Source: Octopus sinensis
Taxonomy: Eukaryota
DNA: 64,000 nucleotides
Assembly: GCF_006345805.1 (NCBI RefSeq)
Contig: NC_043006.1
Span: forward strand, 60,078,001-60,142,000
Direction of reading: 5' to 3'
Both the position numbers and the translations under genes were made by a program. Under the pieces are notes generated by a model. The model worked only from the letters and a program-made list of their open reading frames with translations. It had not been told where the DNA came from and ran no database searches. This document shows positions 38,844 through 53,308 of the stretch, in pieces (position 1 is the first letter of the stretch; every line of letters starts with the position of its first letter).

Positions 38844-41365
38844 TAGAAACCTATATGCTTATATATCCATATGTGTTTGGGTGTATATGTATAAGAATAT
38901 TTACGTTGAAAACAACCATTCACTTGCGTATATGACTTCGTTTATACGTCTTAGATATTCTGTCTTTGTTAATGTATATCTGTTGCAAGTGAATTTAAGT
39001 TCAAGATAATATATTTATTTATTTTTCTCCATTACCTATTCGAGCTTTTCGACTGAAGCCATGATGAAGTACTGAAATCTCATTATTTGTATTTGCAAGA
39101 ATACGACATTTATAACATGCTTTGGAAATATTTCCTCTGTTAGTGGCGTAAGCATTGCTATGACAGTCTGAGGCGTCACTTCACACATTGAGTGTTCTAC
39201 TTCGGAAACACAAGAAGCCAGACTGTCTCCAGTCAATATCTCAATGCAGCAAACAGAGACATTTCTAGAGTAATAGATTAATATATCGAGAATAATATGT
39301 ATTGGTTATGTCAGTGTTAAAGTATATGATCTACATCTGTTCAAAATATCAGAGAAGTTCGTTTCTGTAACACATAACAGATGGCTCTAACGATAAAAAT
39401 ATAAAATAGTCCCGATCTGTTGATGGATTATAAATACAAGTTTAAAGATCAGTTTTATAGAATTGTAGTTGTGATGTAGAAAGCAGATGTACAGATAACC
39501 AAAAGAGAATATATTCAAAGTTTTGTTGATTGAAAATATTTCGCGAGAAGCTTTTTTTGGTTTATTACAGTTTTGTTGCACATTTTTCTAGAAGAGTAGG
39601 TTATATTTCGTTTCTTTTAAATGTGATTTGAGATATACAGGATGCCAACGAGGAAATGACACTCGTACATCAGAGTTATAAGAATAGCACTAATTATAAG
39701 AGTGGTAGTTATCTATATAAGAAACGGAGCATCTGAAGAGATGAGGGTGGGTGCACAAAATAATTCAGGTCTAAGGTATGAATTAATTTTACCACAAGAA
39801 TTGTAAGATAGATATTTCCTTCTTCATTATTGACATAACATAAATTATTTATGTACAGAATTATAAACCTTATCATTAAAAAAAACAAAACCGTCCGTCA
39901 GTATTTGATCAACATAAAGCGGCGAGCAGGCAGAATCTTTAATATGCCGGTCGAAATGTTTAGCGGCATTCCGTCCGTTCTTATGTTCTCAGTTCAAATC
40001 CTGCCGAGGTTAAACATTACCTTTAATCTTTTTCAAGTCAATAAAATTAGCACTAGCTGAGCACTGGGGTCGATGTATTCGGTTTACTCTTTCCCTTGAA
40101 CTTACAGGCCTTGTGCCAAAATTTGAAGCCAATATTTGACTAGTAGACCGATGGATACACTAAGGATCGATAACATTTCATATAAAGAGGCTACTGGACT
40201 CTCGTTCTGAGAACCATAGTTCCAGGGTATAATTAGGTCCAGTCAAAATATAACCGTTAGATATTCTTGAACAATCCACATGACTATAATTTTAATTCTG
40301 TACACAACAATGTCAGCGCATTACTGAAGTTATATATTTCTTCAATAATTGAGGATAATTGCTCTTTTAATTGGTCTCTAATTAATCTTTACTTTCCTAT
40401 CATTGTAAGGTTAAATGCCGTAGATAAGACATCAAATTTCAGAGATAATCATATAGATAATGTTACATTTCTTGCCTAAACTTAATTACCAGTCAGTCGA
40501 AAAGCATGATGATGTATGTGTGTGTATATGCGAATATTTAAATGTAAGTATGTGTATAGTGTGTATGTATGTATATATGTGATATATATGTATATATGTA
40601 TATATAAATGTATGTATGCGCACACACTCATATATGTATAAACACTTTAACATTGAATTGAAGGTTAACTCAATGCGTTTCCGTAGTGTTCATATTCATT
40701 AACTTTTACAAGAAAGTGGTTGACACTAAATCTTTTCCTTGTAAATGTATTTCGCATACATACATTCATACATACGTATATATATTTATATTTATGTAAG
40801 CATTTATGTATATATATATATATATGTATTGTGTAGAAATAAAATTTGTCTGCCTGAATGAGGAGAAGCTTCTGATATTTCATTCAGAGGTGCGTCTTCG
40901 CAGAAGGAAGTAAAGGTTCGTCCTTTCGGAATAGAAGATATGGAGAAAAGGAGAATGGCACGCAGTAACAGAAAGAGACGGAGAATAGAGCGTACTGAAT
41001 TACCAGTGCATGGAAGAGAAAAACTGGTAGAAGGGTAAGTGGAAGAATATCTCTTAGTATGAAGAGTGAGAAAGAGAGAGAAGACATAATGGGAATTAAA
41101 ACTGAAGATAAAGCTTCCTAAGAAGCAAGGGAGCGAGTTTAAACGTAAAGGAACAACGGAGAAACAAATTGTTTACTTTTTTTCGCAATGCACACTATTT
41201 CTCTCCTCTTTTCTTTCCTAATGAAGAGCTAACTCCGAAACATTAAGCGATTCCATTTCTACTTCTCACGTGCTAACTTAACTCTATATTTGTCACAATT
41301 TATTCTTCCTGTACTGATAATTCTGTTTGACTCTTGACTTATTCTCTCAGGAAGAGACTTGAACA

Positions 41366-41452
<87 letters not shown>

Positions 41453-41719
41453 ATACACACTCATTTTGTTTTAAATCATTAACAACATAACATTTTTATT
41501 TATTCAAAATCTACTCGATGGATTTCAACAAAATTTTCACAGACTAATGGCAACAGTTATATGCGGATGATGTTTAAAGACGTGAAGTTCTGTAAAGCAA
41601 CAAAGAAACTACAGCCATTTACCAAACTAATGTAGACTTTCACTGTTTCAAATTAATAGCGTGGTGTAACTAAAACTCATGTAAATAAGAAAATATCAAT
41701 TTAATTGCCTGATGTACAT

Positions 41720-42855
41720 ACTGAGATAAACACACAGTCATAAACAAGGAAAAAATAGAAATAACCAAGTAAACAATGTTCAAAAATGATAGGTGAGCTG
41801 GTTAGTAAAAGACATATGAGAGTTTGTTTGAAATAAGTTGGAAAATGTGCTGGTCCACGGAACATGCTAATTTCTGGATCTCCTCTGATGTTATACCACG
41901 GGATACATCCACTATTGCTCGCCACAGTTCACCCTTACTCCTAAATTGGCGTCCATTCTCGTGAACTCGTCGCTTTAGAATACTCTACTAGTTTTCTATT
42001 GGGTTTAAATTGTGGGAACAGGCAGGCCACTTCATCTTCCACAGTCTACAGAAGCTTAATTGTTGTAGACACTTTGTAGTTTTCATCGCTGAGTGCGAGG
42101 GCGCATTATCTTACATGAATATTATGGTTGCCGTGAAAGTGATCCTTTGCCTTTTGAACCAAGGTTCAAGGTGCTCCCTCAGAAAGGTTGTGTATGCATC
42201 CGCAGCCATTTAAACATCGTCAGGCACTTTCCAAGGATCAACCATAATACTTCCAATAATACCTACCCAAATGATGATGTCTCCTCCGTTTTGTTGGTGT
42301 CTCAAGCGTTGATGACGATCTCATCCATTTACAACCCATCCCTTGCACCAATCATCAGGTCCATCAAGAATAGAACATGTTTCGTCAGTAAACAAAACAT
42401 TTGTAAAGACGACCTTCATGTTATCTTCTGCCCAGTTCAGACGATTTTGTATGTGTATTTTGCTTAAAGGAGGCCTTTTAACTGATGTTACTGGTTTACT
42501 GGTCTTTTTCAGACGACATCGGGTAGTCTGGACACAGTGTTTTCGCCAATACACTTGAAAAGTTCTCCATTTGTAAGGCCTGGTTTCTTTACAGCTCTAC
42601 GCTTAATTCGTGACAGAGAACATTGAGAAGCAGCCCTCGATTGACCCTTGTCGGCTCTCTTATGTATCTTCGTAGGAGCTGTAACAAATGTTTTCAGAGT
42701 TTGGTGATATCTTCCAATTATTTTAGATATTTCTAATGTTTATTTTATTTCTGTAAGTTCAGAAGTAATAACATGTTTCTTTGAAGCAGTTAAATTACAT
42801 CTACGACCCATAATTACACGATTATCAGACTATTCGTTAATAATTTGGAACACTG
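41720..42855 (-). mobile_element. Decayed Tc1-like transposon
   Basis: 5' TIR-like CAGTGTTCCAAATTATTA ending at 42855; fragments KRPPLSKIHIQNRLNWAE and VLFTDETCSILDGPDDW. The left boundary is approximate and the 3' TIR was not found. Confidence 0.8.
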
Positions 42856-43339
42856 AAAGTTCGTGGAAATTATGCAAACGGCCGCGGCCTGTTTGGACAT
42901 TTTCATGCTAAAAATCAGGTCTTGATTAAGAACGATCGGTTTGATAGTGGCATAATAGCTCTTTATATCTAGTTGCAAGAATTTACTATTCTTATTAATT
43001 TCTAGAAGCTTGAACTATCCAACCACCTCTTTTAGACTGAAGGACAGGTATTACCCTATCAATGATTTTTTTTTACTAATAATGCCTCTATCGGATTTAG
43101 AAGGACAAATTAATCTAACTAAAGGATCAATAAGAAAGTTAGGTTTATGGTCCTGTGGCTAGATCTCTGACGGTTTATAGCCCTGTATTGTTAATTCTTT
43201 TAAATAAGATGTAAACTGCATTGATAAACACCAACTACGACCAATTTGTAGTAGTAGAAATACTTATGATACAGCTAACACGGTAACAACGCCGGTAAAT
43301 GGAGTCAGGACTGCCTTATATACAAATAAGTACGATAAA

Positions 43340-44295
43340 TGCTCATGCAGAGAAAAATCAAAATGTCCTTTGATGAATTTCTGCATGAGTACAAATCTTG
43401 TATATAAATGTACCGTGCACACAAGGGGAGGGCCCTCTGTTTACATTGGGCATACGGCTGATTCATTTAAGAATCGTTATCGTAACCATGATGCCAGCTT
43501 TAAGTCAATAAGAGACATTCAACATCTTTGGCAGATTTTGTATGGCGACTGAAGGAGGATAAAACGAAGTACAGCATTAATTGGTCCATAGTAAGGTATG
43601 CAAAACCATACAATATAATTTCCATGCGATGCCGTCTCTCTTCCGAGGAATCCCTGTCTATTCTCTGGATTAACGAGAAGATAATTAATAGAATTTCTGA
43701 ACGACTCTCGAGATGCCTATGCGCATATAAATGTACTTTCGCACAATGCAGTGAGAATGAATTTTGAGTAACGGTTAACTAAGTTGAGTTTACTTTTACC
43801 CTCCCCATTCTTATAAACATCTAGTAAATAACTAGCTCGCTTTGTGATCATGAGTGCACCAAACCTCACGTGTGCGTAGGCTCACATTTTTGCAGATGCT
43901 TGTATGAGCGAGTGTACTCGCGCCACGCAGCTTGCCAAGGGCGTTTAATGCACCCATATCTGTTAACGGTTATTTTAAACACTTTTCTCGCTAGATTGCG
44001 TGTTCGTTTCTCTTTTTGCCATCTGTGATTTTATTTTTTATCTTCTATATAAATGAAAATATTTCCTCCGTCTGGCTGCTTTTCTCTCTAAAAAAAAACG
44101 GATAGTTACATTGCGGAAGAGTCATTTTAACAAGTTGTTTTTATTTATCACCTGACGCGATACATCTGCACCACCGGATGCTCCTGAACCAGTTGTTGAG
44201 TGTCCCACTCAAGAGAAATCGATGCTAGATGTGTCGAAACAATTGTCGTGATTAATAATAAATTCTCGAATATTCCATCTTCTGTCTTTCATTTG
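43340..44295 (+). mobile_element. Penelope-like element fragment: C-terminal GIY-YIG endonuclease + downstream non-coding repeat
   Basis: Frameshifted LVYKCTV...VYIGHT..SFKNRYRNH..SF / LADFVWRLK...SINWSIV..AKPY...CRL..EE..IL...N.I.E..S.C motif string; degenerate hammerhead-like half at 44236-44250. Boundaries are approximate. Confidence 0.8.
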
Positions 44296-44296
44296 C

Positions 44297-44357
<61 letters not shown>

Positions 44358-44779
44358 TAGCTAAATAGATAGATAGGCAGGCAGGTAGAAAGATAGATGG
44401 AGATTGAGAGAAAGAGCGAGTGAGCAAGAAAGGGAAAGAGAGAAAGACAGAGAAAGAGAGAGAGAGAACAGAGAGAACTAGAGAGAAAGAGGGAGAGGAG
44501 ATTAGTTTTGCCAGAACTAACAATAAAACTATAAGACTATATATGTGTGGAACTTTTTGTAGCAAAAGAGTCAATCAAACATATATACTAGACATATAAA
44601 TATATAGTCCACATCCTGTATTGAGTTTTCTAGTTTTAGTGTCCTCCCTGTGTGTCTATATATATGCATGATAATGTATATACATAATCATACATATATA
44701 GAGTTATCTATGTATTTATACCGACGTGTCTTAATATCACACATACACACATACCTATATATATATATATTATATATAT

Positions 44780-44812
<33 letters not shown>

Positions 44813-45021
44813 GCGTGATACATACTTATAGAAATAGATACGCACAAATATACCTACACATACGTAACACTTACTAACACGCACATATACTGCCCATGAA
44901 GGGGAAAAAAGTTTCATTGTTTTATTTTTTGTTCCTGCATTCTGTCATCATTAATTTTATTCACCTACGTAATGAGGAATAAAACATGTACTTTGGGAAA
45001 GACAGAAAAAAAGCATCAACG

Positions 45022-45022
<1 letters not shown>

Positions 45023-45064
<42 letters not shown>

Positions 45065-45150
45065 AATCATCATCATCATCATCATTGTCATCGTCATCAT
45101 CATCATAATCATCATCATCATCATCGTCATCGTCATCGTCATCATCATCA
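45023..45150. repeat. (CAT)n microsatellite
   Basis: Directly visible; source of the poly-His/Asp/Met pseudo-ORFs. Confidence 0.95.
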
Positions 45151-45473
45151 GTAAGAATCACGATAACAGCTGCAAGAATAACAATAATAGCTACGACAAT
45201 GTCGACAAAAAAAATTAGAAAGAAAATCTCAACAGAAAATGGCTATTACATAAAATTGCTACTGATCTTTATCAATGCTTGTGCGTTGATATTTTATATT
45301 TCTGTTGATTCTCCATTGCTAATGTTGGATGGATAAGCATTAACAGGAAGGTTGAAGGAAACAAAGAAGAAAATAAGGAAAAAAAAAAAAAAATAAAATA
45401 GTGGAGAGACCAAAGCGTGGACAGTAGTAAATAGATGAGAAAAATGGAGATTATTTATTAAAGGAAGAAGAAT

Positions 45474-45540
<67 letters not shown>

Positions 45541-46445
45541 GATATATATGTGTATATATATACACGTGCATAGACACACACACATATGTCACTGTGTATT
45601 TATATACATATATATGCACACATACATACATACACACATATATACCTATATATCTACGTATATATGTGTATGTATACATATATTTATGTGTATATATATA
45701 TATATTTTTGTATGTGTGTGTGTATATATATAGATGCATATATATATGTATATATGTGTGTATGTATATATATAAATGTGTGTGTACATATATATATATA
45801 TTTATGCATATATATAGTTGCATATATGTGTATATATATATTTATATGTACGTATGTATTATGTATGCGTATGAAATGCATAATATAAAGTCAAATTGTT
45901 TCCGAGAAAGGATAAAAATAAGTGTTGTCTGCTTCGGTATAACTCTTTTAAAGACATATTTTTCCAATACAGCCGGTTATTTTTTTCTACCACGTATAGG
46001 CTATCTCATATATTTCATATTTAGACACATATTCAAATAAGCATATAGACTCACACATATGCGTATGTATATGTGCATATAGGCTCACGTATATGCATAC
46101 ACACGAACATATGTGTGTTTAGAGCTTGCGAAGAAGAAATATATTGTACCCTATATTTTCATACTAAAGCATATACGTATATGAAAATGAATACGTGTAA
46201 ATTCGGAGTTGCTGGTTAGTTTGTCACTTAGGTAATTGAAACGTTGCAAAACATCACATCATTTAAGTGAGCTGGGCATTGAACGATGTCATTTTCTCTG
46301 AAAGGTTTTCGTTTTAGCCACAGAAAAAAAAAAGACACTACATTGAGTTTCATTGCAGGAGACAGAAAAAATTAGAAAGTTACTGATATAAAGATAATTT
46401 ATTCATAATATATATATATACACACACACACACGAAAAAAAAATA

Positions 46446-46857
46446 TGCATCTTTCTTACTCTTTACTCTTTTACTTGTTTCAGTCATTTGACTGCGGCCA
46501 TGCTGGAGCATTGCCTTTAGTCGAGCAAATCGACCCCCCAGGACTTATTCTTTGTAAGCCTAATACTTATTCTATCGGTCTCTTTGCCGAACCGCTAAGT
46601 TACGGGGACGTAAACACACCAACATCGGTTGTCAAGCGATGTTGGGGGGACAAACACAGACACACAAACACACACACACATATATACTTATGTACGACGG
46701 GCTTCTTTCAGTTTCCGTCTACCAAATCCACTCACAAGGCTTTGGTCGGCCCGAGGCTATAATAGAAGACACTTGCCCAAGGTGCCACGCAGTGGGACTG
46801 AACCCGGAACCATGTGGTTGGTAAGCAAGCTACTTACCACACAGCCACTCCTGCGCC
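46446..46857 (-). mobile_element. SINE type A, full length
   Basis: Reverse complement of the 48273-48678 copy over its whole length. Confidence 0.85.
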
Positions 46858-47019
46858 TACACGCATTGAGTCGAACCAGGAGCAGCTGATGAAGGGGAAT
46901 ATTCCTTGTATTGTTTGTCTTGTACCCTGTTTTTTCGTTGTTAAAAAAAGTCCGTTTCCTTGTTTGTTTTTATGTTATCGTTTCTCGTTGTGTTCTACGT
47001 TTATTCGTGGTGTCCTGTA

Positions 47020-47053
<34 letters not shown>

Positions 47054-47191
47054 TGTATATATACATATAGATGTAGGTACGTACATATACGTATGTATGT
47101 ATGCATATGTTTTATTTATTAAATTGTTATTATATGACTGAGCGCCTCGCGTCGTTTCTTATCCTCCAAGTAAGTTTATATATATATATAT

Positions 47192-47226
<35 letters not shown>

Positions 47227-47267
47227 GCATACACACACACTCACACACACACACACATACGCACACG

Positions 47268-47346
<79 letters not shown>

Positions 47347-47349
47347 CTA

Positions 47350-47580
47350 AAGGCGGCGAGCTGGCAGAATCGTTAGCACGCCGGGCGAAATGCGTAGCCG
47401 TATTTCGTCTGCCGTTACGTTCTGAGTTCAAATTCCGCCCAGGTCCACTTTGCCTTTCATCCTTTCGGGGTCGATAAATTAAGTACCAGTTACGCACTGG
47501 GGTCGATGTAATCGACTTAATCTGTTTGTCTGTCCTTGTTTGTCCCCTCTATGTTTAGCCCCTTGTGGGTAATAAAGAAA
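47350..47580 (+). mobile_element. SINE type B monomer, young
   Basis: Near-identical to 10074-10288, with a complete GGCGGCGAGCTGGCAG head. Confidence 0.88.
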
Positions 47581-48272
47581 CGTATATACTAAATGTGACT
47601 TGAGCGCTAAGAAACTTCTACATTGCTAGAAATAGTAGCTAAATTGCTCTAACTCTGTAGTTAATGCACATCCCTGCTAGTGCATATGTTTTAATTCATA
47701 TGCGTTAACTACACCATTGCTAATCAGTAAGAACAACGTAATTATGAAAAAGAACGTATAGTCTCTTGTATTTTCAATTCTTCTAACTTGTTACATTTTA
47801 CTTATATTTTTTAAAGTGCTTTTAGGTTAATTATATATAATATAATACTATAAATTGAATTTAATTCTTATATTCCTTATATGCATCTTTATAATATAAT
47901 TATTACAGTTAGGTTTAGAAAGAAGGTTATGGATATTATATAAATTAATGTTTTCTGTTATTTAAAATTTTAGAAATATTTTTTTTAGATAACCACGTGG
48001 TTCTTACTGATTACCAATTATCCACTACTGCTATTAATAACCTTCACAAAATTCTAATAGTACAGTCAACTCTGAATTCCATCAATATGCTTTATGTCTA
48101 TGAAGTATGTAGAATCATTAAAAAAAATAAGTATTCTTTAAGTAACTAGCCTAACCAGTCTAACCAGGAAGAATCGTTGACCTCAGCAATCTCTGCTGCT
48201 GATGCTATTGAATTCCACCCAAACAAACAGCCGAGAAAAGATCTAATTGAGGAATGTTCAGAGGAATGTTCA

Positions 48273-48678
48273 GACGTAGGAGTGGCTGTGTGGTAAGTCG
48301 CTCGCTTACCAGCCACATGGTTCCGGGTTCAGTCCCACTGCGTGGCACCTTGGGCAGGTGTCTTCTACTATAGCCTCGGGCCAACCAAAGCCTTGTGAGT
48401 GAATTTGATAGACGGAAACTGGAAGAAGCCCGTCGTATATAAGTATATACATGTATGTGTGTATATGTTTGTGTGTTTGTGTTTATCCCCCCCCCACCCA
48501 ACATCATTTGACAACCAATGCTGGTGTGTTTACGTCCCCGTAACTTAGCGGTTCGGCAAAGAGAACAATAGAATAAGTACTAGGCTTACAAAGAATAAGT
48601 CCTGGGGGGTCGATGTGCTCGACTAAAGGCGGTGCTCCAGCATGGCCACTGTCAAATGACTGAAACAAGTAAAAGAGT
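48273..48678 (+). mobile_element. SINE type A, full length
   Basis: Head GTAGGAGTGGCTGTGTGGTAAG..GGTTCAGTCCC (A/B boxes), CORE-like domain, LINE-derived tail. Confidence 0.85.
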
Positions 48679-49091
48679 TTACTACAGCTACCATATCTAA
48701 TTCAAATTGATTGAAGAAAATTCCTCTGGCAACGATGTCAAATTATACTTTCCCTGAAGAGATCGTACTAATAATGCATGAATCGCTGCGTTTGCAGTTG
48801 CAATTGCAACAATATGCAATTGGGTTGATTGAAACCCGTGTCAGACTTTCATTCTAACTGGAAATAAACAAAAAGTTTGAATGTTCAAATTCTTCATTCT
48901 CCTCATTTTAATATTGCGATTTACACTCTAAGTAGTCAAGAGAAAAAAAATGAAACATCGGATGAGAGCTGAAGGTAACTTACCAAAAAAAAAAAAAAAA
49001 ACCCACCAAAATACCCCCCAAAACGCACTATCGGAAGGAACCAGTCTCTGAGAAATTCGATATCTGTCTGGATATCATATTCCTGCTCATA

Positions 49092-49135
<44 letters not shown>

Positions 49136-49934
49136 AAATTAACAGAATAAGATTGTTATTTTTTTATATTTACACATGCTGATATATGACCTACGTTGGC
49201 CTCCTCCTTCGCATAATCACCGAACCTGGAGCTTAACTAAAGTCTGTCCATAGCACTTACTCAGCATTACCTGACACCTTTGGGTCTTCTTGACACCATT
49301 ACCTCTCATAACCTATATATATATAAATATATATATATCACTCAGCTGTAGAAATGAGTTGCGACGTCACAGGTGCCAAGCTGTATCGACCTTTGTCTTT
49401 CCCTTGGATAACACTGGTGGTGTGGAGAGGGGAGGCCAGTATGCATGGGCGACTGCTGGTCTTCCATAAACAACCTTGCCCGGACTTGTGTCTAGGAGGG
49501 TAACTTTCTAGGTGCAATCCCATGGTCATTCATGACCGAAGGGGGTCTTTACCCATATGTATATCATATAAGGGTAAATTATTCATGTCCAGTGGGGCAC
49601 TGTAAAAAGTCTCAAGTATAATCCAGCCGAGTACCGTAAGAGGTCTCAGCTATATTTCAGGTTACTGCGAACCACTTCAAATAGTAAGAAGCATCAAGGA
49701 TCGCTTAGAGTGGGCAACGCTACTGTTATTCTGATGGGTTCACTTCATTGGATTATGAATGATTTTGGGAGTTTACATTCAAAACAATTACAAAGAATAT
49801 GGTGACTGGTACATCTATGAAGAGCGCAGGGTTACATTATCGTGTTGTTATAAAACACTCCATTGAACTTCTTGCGCGAAACCGATCGGTAAGGTCAGCC
49901 GTATTGGATATATAATGGTGTACATTTCAATTAG

Positions 49935-49972
<38 letters not shown>

Positions 49973-50106
49973 CGTCCGATTATCGTACAATCGGAACATG
50001 AGCATTATAGTGGATTACATTTAAATCCTGAGTTTTTAATATGATATTTAGCTCTCGCCCGGTGAAATAAATTGTGTTGATTTTACCAAATAACAAAACA
50101 GTACAC

Positions 50107-50158
<52 letters not shown>

Positions 50159-51424
50159 TATATATCTTTACACACATTCATACATATACACACATATATA
50201 TATATACAAATATATATATGTATGTGTGTATGTGTTGTATGTGTGTACGTGTGTATGCATGTATGTGTTTGTGTCTGTGTTTGACCTTCTACCACTGCTT
50301 GACAATCGGTGTTGGTGTGTTTACGACCCGTAACTTAACGGTTAGAGACCAATTCAGTAAGTGCCAGGCTTAAAATACGTACTGGGGCTCACTCATTCGA
50401 CTAATATTCTTTAAGGCTGCAGTCTTATGTCAGAATCAAATAAAAGATAAAACATAATATATATGTATATAGTATAAAATTAATGTCGGTAGCTGGGCGC
50501 AATTTCACTAAATCTGCCATAAAAACATATGGCAAATATATATACTGACAGAGAGAATTAGCTGTTCCATAAAAAGCAATGGAGGCCTTATGTTAACAAT
50601 TCCCATTGGGATGAAACCGTGCAGTCCAGTGCTCTAGCCTTGCTTTGCTCATGGGGCAATTATCTATCCTGTCAGTATATATAAATACGCTTTTACGCAA
50701 CCATAAGTGGTTTAACTCTTATTTCTAGCAACGTATATGCTTGTAGCAGCACATACAGTCAAAATTAATGATGACTATATATATATATATATATATATAT
50801 TATTGATATTTGTTGTAAACTTTCGAGAGAACATGAAATAATTTCTGTTTATTTGAAACATTGGTTGTCGAGGCACATCTCATAAATTTATAAATAATAA
50901 CTTTTAAATATTTAGTTGAAAAACACTCTTGGACAATGACTACGCTAGAAATGCGAAGCAGGTATAAATTACTCTAAATGATGTTAGATTATTAGGGTAA
51001 TATATGCGGCATGATAAAATTTTCTCAGTATCTCAAACATGTTTTAATCAAGAAACAAATGCCATTGTTTGCCGCTGCGCAGCTGTGGTTTTTCATTGTC
51101 TAGTAGGTTCTCATTCATTTTACATAATTGTGACGTTAGTTTAGATAGTTAAAACTATTACTATACTGTGACCTTTTATTTTATTTTCTCATTACTTCAT
51201 TGCTATGGAGGTAGAAGTCTGTTTTCTATAAAACCTTATGCCAAATGAGTTGGAAAAATTTTATTGTGCAATAATTCTTTCTACTCAAAACTTGAATCTA
51301 CAGTATTTACACTTCGTACATAAAGATAGTAGACTGTAGCCAGCCGTTACTCGCGAGCGAGAATGACATAGTATCTTGTAACATACTATGGCTAATTGTT
51401 TTTGGCTTCTATATAGTTATGAGT

Positions 51425-51670
51425 GGGGATGTGTGGTCTAATCGTTGGGTTTATTGGACTCATGATCGTAAGATTGTGACTCCGGTTCTACGATGGGGCG
51501 ATGCGTTATGTTCTTGAGCAAAACAATTCATTAGACGTTGCTCCAGTCCACTCTACCAGCAAAAACGAATAACCCTGCGACAGACTTGCAGCCCGTCCAG
51601 GAAGTAAATATATATACGCCATGGAAATCGGGAAACCGCTCCGTATGAGCCCACAGGGCTCGAGAAGGAT
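51425..51670 (+). mobile_element. Diverged tRNA-derived SINE with V-domain-like central region
   Basis: CCCTGCGACAGACTTGCAGCCCGTCCAGG central motif; its tail (GGAAACCG..ATGAGCC..GCTCG) resembles the tail of 29278-29555. Confidence 0.55.
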
Positions 51671-52217
51671 GCTTTATCCTTATATGGTTACGAGTAAAAA
51701 GCATTGAGGTCACAGTCAATACCGCACCGGAGAAAATGCTTAGTAGCATTTCTTCCAGCTCTTTACGTTCTAAGTTCAAATGCCATAGAGGCCGACTTTA
51801 CCTTTCATCCTTTTTGAGGTCAATGAAAACAGTATCAGTTGAGAACAGGGGTCGACGTAATCGACATCCCCAATCAACAAAACTGCTCTCTTTTGTCGTA
51901 AAGTAGACAGGTATATAGTCACGAGCAAACTAATACCGTGTTCTGTACACACTTGACCCCCTCTTGATGGGTATACTGCAGCCATCTATATGCCACAAAA
52001 TCCAGGAAGCCGGCCTTATTAATCTATGGCCAAGGAAGGACCTCTGATCCTTTATGAGGTGTATATAAACATACATAAATACATATTTATTTTTTAACTT
52101 TTACCTTTTATTTGTTTCAGTCATTAGTTTGCACCCATGCACCCATGCACACATACATATATACATACATACATACATACATACATACATACGTACGTAT
52201 ATATGTACGCACCTACG

Positions 52218-52251
<34 letters not shown>

Positions 52252-53274
52252 TGTATGTATGTATGTATGTATGTATGTATGTATGTATGTATGTATGTAG
52301 TCCACAGATGAGATCCAGATATTCTCGGTATAGAAGACAGTAGCGCTCAAATGATTCGAACTTAGTCTCCGTTGTCTTTACATGGGAACACTTCCGCGAG
52401 GTAAAGAATGGCCATAAAGAGGACCAAGTTGAGCAGATATGGAGTCAATTATGCAGATGAGCAAATATATCAACAATAACAGCTTGGGTATGAAATACAA
52501 AATATGTATTTATGTATACATGCAAAATGAGAGGAAGCAAAGAGTGGAGACCTTCATACGATGGATATTTAAGTATAAATATATAGATATTTTTATTAAT
52601 AGATTCAACATTCACAGAGTATAAGCGACAGAGAAAATTAAAGGGGAGGAATTATGATGTTATAAGTCCAACAACTAATTTTCTGAGGGCTCGGAAATCC
52701 ATCACAATGTTGGTAGATGTAGTTCATCACAATATGCAGGCCGAAATGGAAGCAATCGTCATTGGATAAATCGAGTCTCCGTCATCAGGGCAGGAAAGAT
52801 CTTACATTTCAGATAATAACGAAGAGAAGTTCAAAGGTGGAATATAGCATCTTACTTTCACCCCTTTGATTTTCTTTGTCGTTTGTACTCTGTGTAAGTT
52901 GAATCTATCAATGTAAATATCTATATATTCATCGTCTAAAAATCTCCGCTCTTTACTATCTCTGGTTCTTCTTGTATACATATATACATGTTTCGTATTT
53001 CATATCCTAGCTGTTATATTTAGTATATCTGGTTTGTTTATCCGCATGCTTGCTTCCATATCTGCTCAACTACGTATTTATATAACTCATTGAAGTTGAA
53101 AAAAACAGTATTGTGCTAAATACTTACTGTTGTCTGCTGATCAGTTACCTGAAACTCTGAGTAACAGTAAGTGAAGTATTTTCAACTGCAATAAACGAAT
53201 ATTTTACTCTACATCTGGTATTGGGATACTACATTCTCTACCTTGTTTTGAACCTATGTGCTCGCATGTGCTCG

Positions 53275-53308
<34 letters not shown>

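Noticed and set aside
44957-45161. Poly-His, poly-Asp and poly-Met ORFs
   Set aside because: A (CAT)n microsatellite read in different frames.
46880-46910. CTGATGA followed by a small hairpin (also 62497 and 52777 on the minus strand)
   Set aside because: No GAAA, stem III or NUH follows.
53120-53178. Short inverted repeat resembling a 21-22-nt micro-exon on both strands, or a degenerate hammerhead
   Set aside because: The symmetry explains the paired splice-like motifs; the core (CTGATCA) and stems are defective, and there is no gene context.
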